DNA from: Deltaproteobacteria bacterium | GTDB lineage: Bacteria > Myxococcota > JACRCW01 | NCBI GenBank assembly: GCA_016218805.1 | Contig: JACRCW010000080.1 | Span: forward strand, 124,001 to 155,054 | Reading direction: 5' to 3' | DNA: 31,054 nucleotides | The notes under the pieces: model-generated | What the model saw: the letters and a program-made list of their open reading frames with translations, nothing else | What the model was told of the DNA's origin: nothing | Database searches by the model: none | Made by a program: the position numbers and the translations under genes | In this document: in pieces, positions 18,487 to 25,642 of the stretch | How the letters are laid out: each line of letters opens with the position of its first letter | How positions within the stretch are numbered: position 1 is the first letter of the stretch

Positions 18487-19184
18487 GGCCGACGTGTGGC
18501 GCAACGGGCCGCTGGGCCCACGTCTCCGCGAACACACACTCGTGCTGCGCGTCACCGGTCACCAGGGCACGTTCTCGCGTCACCGCTCACTGCGAACTCA
18601 AAGTCCGTGATCCCCGGCGCGATGGCGCGGAACGAGACGGCTTCCATCGCGACACGTACCGCGCGCCATCCGGCAGCGCCCGTGGCCAGTTCCTTCTGGA
18701 TGTGCTTCAACACGTCGCCACGCGGCGCCCGCGGGCTGCAGCGGGATGTCCGGGATGCGCCTGGTCCTGGATGCACGCGGTCACCTGCGTATCCCGCCGC
18801 ATTTCCCGCGTTTTGTCGGGTCGAACCGCAGGATGCGTTCCTTCAGGCGCGCCCACGGCGTGCGGGTCGGCGCTTCGCGGTCCCCGTCGGGAGGTCACGT
18901 CCCGAACCCCACCCGTCGGCGGCATGGTCTTGCGGGCGCCGCGCGGCTCAGCTCGCCGTGTGCACGCCCTGCGCACGCCTGGGTGCCAGACCTGCATGCA
19001 GTCAAATGAACGCCCTCAAGAGCTGTCGGTAGTTCGGAAATCCCCGGTAGCGGCGGCACCCGCAGCCGCCGCATGGGCGTGCGTTGTTTGACGTTGTCAC
19101 GTGCCGCGGCGGGTACAGGCCGCGCGGCCCGCGTGCATCTGCAGATGCGTGGCAGGGTTCAGGCACTGTGACGGCGGGTGCGTA

Positions 19185-19553
19185 TCAGGCAACCAGCGGG
19201 TTCTTCCACCGCAACCCGGGGAAGCGGCCCATGGTCGCATCCGCCGAGCACAGCAAGGCATTGTGCTCTATGGCCACGGCCGCGAGGTGAGCGTCCGTGG
19301 TCAAGCTGCCAGCGACGCCCACCGTCTCAAGAAGGCCCAGCCACAGGTCGAGATGCCGTGGACCAGGGTCGAGGAAGCGCACAGCCGAACCCCGTTCCCG
19401 TGGCCTGATGCACGCGGACGCGGCCCTCACGGTGAGTGGATTCGCAAGAACCCCCGGGTGCGTGGTCATCCGCATGAACCCCATGACGACCACCCACGGA
19501 ATTCCAACATCATCCACCCCGCCGACCGTTGACTCCCACCCAGCGCGCGCCAT
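19185..19553 (-). pseudogene. vapC: VapC PIN toxin (mycobacterial TIGR00028-like), N-terminally deleted
   Basis: VGIPWVVVMGFMRMTTHPGV..NPL, PGPRH, AGSLTTDAHLAAVAIEH, RFPGLRWKNPL. It lacks the N-terminal xxxDxNxLxY motif, and the usual S-x-D-x-D-F appears as SADATM. Confidence 0.85.
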
Positions 19554-19620
19554 CTGACCTGCGCGCGGCGCGCTTCAGGGCCGCCGCGACGTCGTCGTCA
19601 AGGGTGAGCGTGGTCCGCAT
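19554..19620 (-). pseudogene. vapB: VapB RHH antitoxin, N-terminal fragment
   Basis: MRTTLTLDDDVAAALKRAARR is a typical RHH VapB start and runs straight into mid-vapC sequence. Confidence 0.8.
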
Positions 19621-19657
19621 GCAGGCATCATGATGCTTGATGATGTTGATGTCCAAG
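19621..19657 (-). promoter_or_regulatory. vapBC promoter/operator
   Basis: Perfect 12-bp palindrome GCATCATGATGC at 19625-19636 plus further CATCA repeats; TTGGAC and CATGAT promoter-like hexamers directly before the ATG. Confidence 0.65.
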
Positions 19658-19937
19658 TGCATGGGCGTGCCGTGCCATGGCTTCCGCTGGCGAAACAGGG
19701 CGCGCTGCCCGTCCGGTTCCGCGCGCGAATGGAACAGCGCCACGGCCGTGGCAGAACCAGAGGGGATGTCGTCGTCCGCCGCCACGAGCGCACAACGCCC
19801 GTCACCGCACGCCGGCGGGGCGGGCTTCCACGCCGCACACCCCTCGGGCGCGAGCAGAGCCCACCTCCTTGGGAACCCTGCGGTTTGAGCCGCTGCAACC
19901 TCAGACCGGAAAGCGGCCACCACCAGGACGGCGCATG

Positions 19938-20825
19938 TCACAGGCCCTTCTTTTCAGCCCAGCCGACAAGTGTCTGCGCCAGCGTAGGCCCAACAACGGC
20001 GAGATCGTGACCTACTCCCGGATAGACCGTGCTCTCGACGTCGATTCCCCCCGCGCGCAGTTGCTGAAGTTCGCGTTGCTGCCGATCCAGGTCCACCTCA
20101 TCCAGCGCACCGTTCACGAATAGGACCGGCCAGCGGGCGCTGGCGAGATGCACCCGGGGGTCGTAGTCGAGTTGGCTGCTCCAGAAGCGGTACGTGTGGC
20201 CCCAAAAGTCGCGGTCGACGCTCGTGGGCTCCGCGTCCACCAACGCAAGAGCCTGCTCGAGTTGTTCGCGCGTGTACGGAATCCTGGGTCCCGGCCTATG
20301 GGACGCGGCCCACAGCAAATCCTCCCGGAACGGCGTGACGCTGCCCGCGAGGCAGATCACACCCACCGTGCGCGCTGGATAGCGGGCGGCGATTTCATGG
20401 GCGACCTGCGTCCCTTCCGACGCCGCCACGACAAGCAGCTTGCGCATCCCGCGTCGATCGAGGTCGTCGACCACGGCGACCAGCTCGGAGAGCCGCTGCC
20501 CGCGGCTGTCCGCTCGGTGGAACGCGGCGGCGTCCGCCAAGAACATCTTCTCCGGATAGGCCACCACAAAGCCCTTGAGGGTCGCTTCCGCGGCCAGACC
20601 GAAGTGGCGCGAGGCCGGTTCCCGCCCCGTGCCGGCCACATAGAGGACCACTTTCTCCCAGCTCCGCCGGTCGTCCGGCACGCCCACGAAATAACGAGGC
20701 TGGCCCTGCCCCATTTCAACCGGCACGATCGCGAGGCGAATGCGGTGACGGCAACCTGGCGTCGCGGAAATCAGTGTAAGCGCGACCAGCGACGCTTGAG
20801 TCGAGAAGCGCGCCAAGGACGCCAT
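19938..20825 (-). CDS. Alpha/beta hydrolase, probably exported or a lipoprotein
   Basis: GGAGG then ATG 20825; LYVAGTG oxyanion region, AASEG nucleophile elbow, PVLFVNGALD, YPGVGHDL; signal ending in TPGC. Confidence 0.85.
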   Translation of the reverse strand: MASLARFSTQASLVALTLISATPGCRHRIRLAIVPVEMGQGQPRYFVGVPDDRRSWEKVVLYVAGTGREPASRHFGLAAEATLKGFVVAYPEKMFLADAAAFHRADSRGQRLSELVAVVDDLDRRGMRKLLVVAASEGTQVAHEIAARYPARTVGVICLAGSVTPFREDLLWAASHRPGPRIPYTREQLEQALALVDAEPTSVDRDFWGHTYRFWSSQLDYDPRVHLASARWPVLFVNGALDEVDLDRQQRELQQLRAGGIDVESTVYPGVGHDLAVVGPTLAQTLVGWAEKKGL

Positions 20826-20956
20826 CGGAATCCTCCAGATGCAATCAGCCGCCGGCCACGCGTCAATCTTGCGCGCTTTCCGTTGCCTGTCCATCCTGGC
20901 GGCTGGCGCTGGCGCTGTGACGTCGCACTTGGCCGGCGGGCCGCGAGGAAATCACG

Positions 20957-21358
20957 TTCAGCAAGTATCCCCTGCCGCTCCAAAGCCGCTGTGTTGTTGG
21001 CCGTTCTACGAGCGGCATTGTGGGCTACCTGACGGTGGCAGCCGTAACACCAACGTGAGTTGTTCCACCGGCGTGTCCTCGCGTTCCTGGTGGCTGATGT
21101 GCTCCCTCCTTGTGCTCCGCCACCGCCCGAATCGAATCACTGCGCCGAGGTGGCGCCGAAGTTCCCCGTACAGCTTCTTCTTGCGGCATTCCGGACTGAA
21201 GACGATGTGGTCGCCCCCATTTCGTGTTGGCGAGGTTGTCGTACAATCCATGGAAACTCCCTTGTGGCTTTGCGCTGCTCACGAGGGGGTTTCTGTGGAT
21301 CACTCCCGGACAGGTCAAACGCTGGACGCCTCCCCGGCAGAGCCGCGGGTTCGCATTG
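20957..21358 (-). mobile_element. tnpA: Internally deleted, non-autonomous IS200/IS605-family element with a tnpA remnant
   Basis: Left-end hairpin CCCGCGGC-TCT-GCCGGGG; frameshifted TnpA N-terminus YDNLANTKW / HIVFSPECRKKKLYGELRRHLG joined to the C-terminus REHISHQEREDTPVEQL; right end ...GCCACC...CGGCAGGGGATACTTGCTGAA. The HUH motif region is missing. Confidence 0.85.
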
Positions 21359-21367
21359 GATGCTCGT

Positions 21368-21790
21368 TCAACGCATTCGTCGTGGTGGCGCTTCGCGGGC
21401 CCAGACGGCGCCGCAGGTCGCCAAGGTCCTCAACGTCGTCGAAGGGGCCCCCTCATCGTCCACGATCGTCGCAGGCTCGGCGGACGTGCCCTTGCTGCGC
21501 GCGCAGCACTTGTCCGCGAGCCTGCCGAAGTCGATCGCGCTGATTTCGCCACGCCCGGTAGGCACTTCGAGAAGCCGCGTGTTGGACTTGGCCTCGAACA
21601 CGGAGGCGATGTCCGAGCAGGGCGCGGTTCGGAACACAACCGTGACATCGCCCTTCCCTGTTTCCTTGTGGCAGGTCCACCCGCCGCCACCCTCCCATCA
21701 GGTAGGCCGCGTCCTCACCGTCCTCGTCCCAGTAGTACTCGGGGCCCGTCACCAGACCCCATGCCGCGGACAATGTTCTGCGGACGTTGC
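21368..21790 (-). pseudogene. Possible degenerate gene fragment of unknown product
   Basis: Coding-like stretches in two frames (GLVTGPEYYWDEDGEDAAYLMG / GGGWTCHKETGKGDVTVVFRTAPCSDIASVFEAK...), ending next to the IS left end. Confidence 0.25.
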
Positions 21791-22493
21791 CTCCCCGCCC
21801 CGTCGCGCCAGTGCGTCTCCGTTGCCGCAAGAAGAGACGCGAGAACGTGGACGGTCAAGGCAGTGGGCACACATGGTGGCGGCCACAGTCACGCGGAGCC
21901 TCCGCAACACAACCCCGCTCACGTCGCCTCGCCGACATCCCGTTCATCCCAGCCGTGCGCTGGAATCCAGACCCGTGGCAACAGTCCCAGGATCTCCGTC
22001 AAGAAAGATGGGCACGGTCGCCTTGACCGTGCCGGACCGCATCACTCCGCTGGAAGAAGCGGCAACAAGACCGAGGTGGCAGTGGCGCGCATTCCCAAGG
22101 CCCCCGAGGGCTGGGCTGCCGCTGCCGCGTCCGCCGACGCCATGGAGAAGCCAGCAGAAGGGGAACGCCAACTCAAGAGGAAGCGCGGCGGCGCCAGGGC
22201 GGGCGGAGCCCCGTTTGCACCTGCCGGGTTCCAACGGGCCTTGCGCCGCGAGGCCGCGCGCGGGCCCTGCACCCAAATGAGGGGAACAGCATGCCCGCGG
22301 CCGCGGCGGCGGGCCAACCCGGGCCGGCCCGCGGAAGCGCAGGTTGCGGAGGACCCAGAACGGGTGGCAGTGTCGCCGCCTCATGCCAGATTCCATTCAA
22401 GAGCGACGTCGTCGCCGCCGTGAGCTTTTCGCCTTGAGCAAGGCGGCTTTCGTGGTCAGCGCGTCACCTCCGGAGGCCATTCTCTCCTCCTCC

Positions 22494-23378
22494 ATGGCAG
22501 CGGTCGGCCTTCGTCGGTTGGTGCACCTGGCAGGTTGGTGCGGCTGGATGTGCATGGTGGCGTCGCCCGCGGCCGCGCGGGCGGTGGCGCCCCCAGCTGA
22601 CCGCACCGTCCTGCTGCTGCCCGTGGAAGCCAAGGGCGGAGCAAGCCCGGACACAGCGGCGGTGCTGACGCAGATGATGGCCGCGGAGGGCAGCAAGTCC
22701 CCGGGCTTGAAGCTGGTCTCGTTCAAGGAAGTGGAGAGCACCATGAGCCAGGAGCAGTTGCGCCAGGTTTCTGGCTGCAACTCCAACACGTGCGCGGCGG
22801 AAATCGCCGGAGCGCTCAACACTGACGAGATCGTCATCGCCACGTTCGGCAAGGTGGGGGACAGCTATGTGTTGACCGCCGTGCGCATCCGCGCCGGGGA
22901 CGCCCAGGCGGTGGCGCGCGTCTCCGCACGCTTCCGCGACCTGGACGAGAACCTGGTGCTGGACCGTCTGCCCGAGTTGATGCGGAAGCTGCTCACCGAC
23001 GAAGCGGGGGCGTCCGCCGCGGCCTCCCATCCCGCTCCGGTTGCCGGTAGCTCCGCCGCGCCCGCAGGCGAGTCCCCGCCCGCGGGCGCGAACCGGAACC
23101 CGAGTCGCATCCTCGTTGGTCTCGGTGGCGGCGCACTGGCGGGTAGCGGTCTGGTGATGCTCGGTGCGGCGGGGGCGGCGGCGGCCAGTGCCATCTCGTT
23201 CATTCCGTGGGTTGTCAGCGTTCCCACCCAAGGCCTCACCGGCGTCCCACGCCTTGTGCTGCTCACGGGGCTGCCTTTGGGGGCGGCGGCGTGTGCGGGC
23301 GGGTTGCTGTTGCTGTCCGTGGCGCTCGCGGTGGCCGGCGCGGCAGGCGTTGGCGCTGGGTTCTGGAGGGCGCCATGA
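22494..23378 (+). CDS. Exported C-x4-C (TolB-N/CsgG/DUF2380-like) protein with C-terminal hydrophobic helices; paralog of 17676-18452
   Basis: VLLLPVEAKGGAS...MSQEQLRQVSGCNSNTCAAEIAGALNTDEIVIATFGKVGDSYVLT; Pro/Ala linker; two Gly/Ala-rich hydrophobic segments. Start uncertain. Confidence 0.82.
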   Translation: MAAVGLRRLVHLAGWCGWMCMVASPAAARAVAPPADRTVLLLPVEAKGGASPDTAAVLTQMMAAEGSKSPGLKLVSFKEVESTMSQEQLRQVSGCNSNTCAAEIAGALNTDEIVIATFGKVGDSYVLTAVRIRAGDAQAVARVSARFRDLDENLVLDRLPELMRKLLTDEAGASAAASHPAPVAGSSAAPAGESPPAGANRNPSRILVGLGGGALAGSGLVMLGAAGAAAASAISFIPWVVSVPTQGLTGVPRLVLLTGLPLGAAACAGGLLLLSVALAVAGAAGVGAGFWRAP

Positions 23379-24313
23379 AGCGCCTGGTCGTCGTCCTCCT
23401 CCCTCTGCTCGGCGGCTTGTTGCAGAGCTGCGGTCCGCGGTGCACGGCGGACACCGACTGCGTCCTTGGCGACCTGACCCGCTGTGAGCTGGCCACCGGG
23501 CGCTGTGTCGGTCCCGAGGCGTCGTCATCCTCGTCTTCCGGCGGTCCGCCGAGCAGCGGAACCGGATCCTCCACCACACCCGCATCAAGCGGCTCCACGG
23601 CCTCGGGCTCATCCTTGGCCAGCGTGTCTTTGTCGTCGCGCGCGTCGTCGTGGTCCAGCCTGTCATCATCCGTGGATGCGTCTTCGTCGGCACGGGCGTC
23701 GTCGTCTGCCCGGGTGTCTTCCTCAACGCCCGGGTCGTCATCGGCCCGTGCGTCGTCATCGGCCGGGGTGTCTTCCTCGGCGCTCGCGTCATCCTTGCCG
23801 CGCCCGTCCACGTCGTTGGGCGCAGGCTCGTCGGGGGGCGCGGCGTCTTCGGGAGGGGCGTGCGGAGCGTCGTGCCCGGCGTGCGCGGCGGACTCTGACC
23901 TGCGGTGGGCCCATTGGCCCATGCCCAACCCCGCGGGGGCATCCCTGCCGAACCCAGCCAACTACACGTACGACGCAGCCGAGGTATTGGACAATGTGAC
24001 CGGATTGATCTGGGAGCGTGACGTGTCTGGCAGGGTAACGAGCACTTGGACGGCCGCCACCACGGCGGCCACCAGCCCCTGCACCGGTGGCTGGCGTCTC
24101 CCAACCCGCGTGGAACTCGTGTCCCTCCTGGACTTCACCAGGGCACCCCCAACCATCGATACAGCGGCATTTCCCGACACCCCGGGTGACTGTTTCTGGT
24201 CGTCCTCCCTTGCAGCGGGGAGTTCGAACCGCGCGTGGTACGTGAGATTCGGCGGTGGCGCCACAGTTGATAGCTCCGTGGACACGCTGTGCCTTGTTCG
24301 GTGTGTGCGTTGA
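23375..24313 (+). CDS. Lipoprotein: Cys-rich motif, Ser-rich linker, DUF1566 (Lcl C-terminal, C-type-lectin-like) domain
   Basis: GGAGG and ATGA overlap; lipobox LQSC; CTADTDC...C...GRC; VLDNVTGLIWER, WRLPTRVELVSL, IDTAAFP, FWSSS, AWYVRF, VRCVR. Confidence 0.9.
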   Translation: MKRLVVVLLPLLGGLLQSCGPRCTADTDCVLGDLTRCELATGRCVGPEASSSSSSGGPPSSGTGSSTTPASSGSTASGSSLASVSLSSRASSWSSLSSSVDASSSARASSSARVSSSTPGSSSARASSSAGVSSSALASSLPRPSTSLGAGSSGGAASSGGACGASCPACAADSDLRWAHWPMPNPAGASLPNPANYTYDAAEVLDNVTGLIWERDVSGRVTSTWTAATTAATSPCTGGWRLPTRVELVSLLDFTRAPPTIDTAAFPDTPGDCFWSSSLAAGSSNRAWYVRFGGGATVDSSVDTLCLVRCVR

Positions 24314-24355
24314 GCGCGAGCAGAGAACGCTCGTGCGTCAGCCCAAAGGTCTCCC

Positions 24356-24808
24356 ATGAAACGGTCGCAACACCTGCTTTTCGTGGCATTGCTCCTGGTC
24401 CCCATGCTCGCGGCTGGCCTTGGGCTCGTGCGCGCAGCGGCCCCGCCAACCCGCTACACAACCACCGCCGGCGTCGTATTGGACAACTGCACCGGGCTTC
24501 ACTGGCAGCAGGGTCACGACGCCGGTCAAGGCTGGACCAACGCGGCAGCCTATTGTCAGAACAACACGGCAGGCCTTTCCGGCACGAATTGGCGGCTCCC
24601 GACCATCAAGGAACTGCAGAGCATTGTGGACGAGACAGTTCTTAACCCCAGCATCGACACGGCAACGTTCACCGCGGTGCCTGATTGCTACTGGTCATCG
24701 TCCAAGGTCGCCGGGAATTCGGGGCTCGCGTGGGCCGTCTTCTTCTCCAGCGGGGGCACCACCAGCTTCGGGTTGGCCAATCCGTGCCGTGTTCGGTGTG
24801 TCCGTTGA
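24356..24808 (+). CDS. Secreted stand-alone DUF1566 domain protein
   Basis: Signal peptide; RY...VVLDNCTGLHWQQ, WTNAAAYC, WRLPTIKELQSIVD, YWSSS, AWAVFF..G, VRCVR. Confidence 0.92.
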   Translation: MKRSQHLLFVALLLVPMLAAGLGLVRAAAPPTRYTTTAGVVLDNCTGLHWQQGHDAGQGWTNAAAYCQNNTAGLSGTNWRLPTIKELQSIVDETVLNPSIDTATFTAVPDCYWSSSKVAGNSGLAWAVFFSSGGTTSFGLANPCRVRCVR

Positions 24809-24829
24809 GGGCAGCGAATGCCCCGACTG

Positions 24830-25368
24830 TTCAATCCACCGGCACCGGTTCCACGCCGCAGGACCTGGGACCCGACGTCACCGGCCTTACGTTTGCGCTG
24901 GTCGGGAGCTCCATCATCGCGGAGAGCCACAATGCGCAGACGCTGACCTAAAGGTTCCATCGCATTTCGCTCTCCGGCGGACCCGCCACCACGCTTGGCA
25001 GTCTCACGGGCACGCTCCACGATGAAAGACTCCACCACGACGAGCTGTACTTCCTGACGCGGGACGACAGCTTCCCATCCGCCGAGTGGGCCATCCGCAG
25101 CGTGCCGAACGATGGCAGCGGCGTCGTCACGATGGTCGATCACCAGACGGTCAACCTCAGCGTGTCCCAGCTCGTCGACGTGGATGACGACGGGTACTAC
25201 GTGAGCACGTACGACTCGATCGTCAAGATCCCGCGCGACGGGGGAGCACCGGTGACGGTGGTGGAGGTGGATGGGACCGTGATCGACGCGGTGGCGGATG
25301 ACCGGGTGATCGTGTGGACCGAGGAGTCCCCTGACGGCGAACGGCAAATCAAGTTGATTGCAAAATAG
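24830..25368 (+). pseudogene. C-terminal remnant of a beta-propeller protein with an in-frame TAA
   Basis: ORFs 24685-24951 and 25102-25368 share one frame, broken only by TAA at 24949-24951. Repeats RISLSGGPATTL, IRSVPNDGSG, IVKIPRDGGAPVTV; ends IKLIAK. No start codon or signal peptide. Confidence 0.65.
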
Positions 25369-25642
25369 GGTCCGCTGCACCGCCCACACTGACGGCGCAA
25401 CCGCGTTCTGCGGTCAGCGTTGAAACCGCGTGCAGGCATGCGCAGGAGACGCCAGGGATGAGACGTCGCTGTCGGCCGCAATGACCCAAATATCATCGTT
25501 GGCCACGCTGTAGAAACTGGCGCATTGGCCACAGAACTTTGTTCCGCGCTCAAGGCCTGCAGACCGCGTGATGGCCGCGCGCAGGCTACCTGGGGTTGCG
25601 TTGGACGTCGCCCGCGGGTTCAAGCGGCGGCGGAGGTGGCGC

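Noticed and set aside
21060..22423. Long plus-strand ORFs 21060-22280 and 21224-22423
   Set aside because: They cross the IS remnant, have low-complexity Arg/Pro/Ala composition and show no family motifs.
23960..24823. A complete diversity-generating retroelement
   Set aside because: No RT, Avd or AAC-rich template repeat in the window; kept only as a possible remote-target hypothesis.
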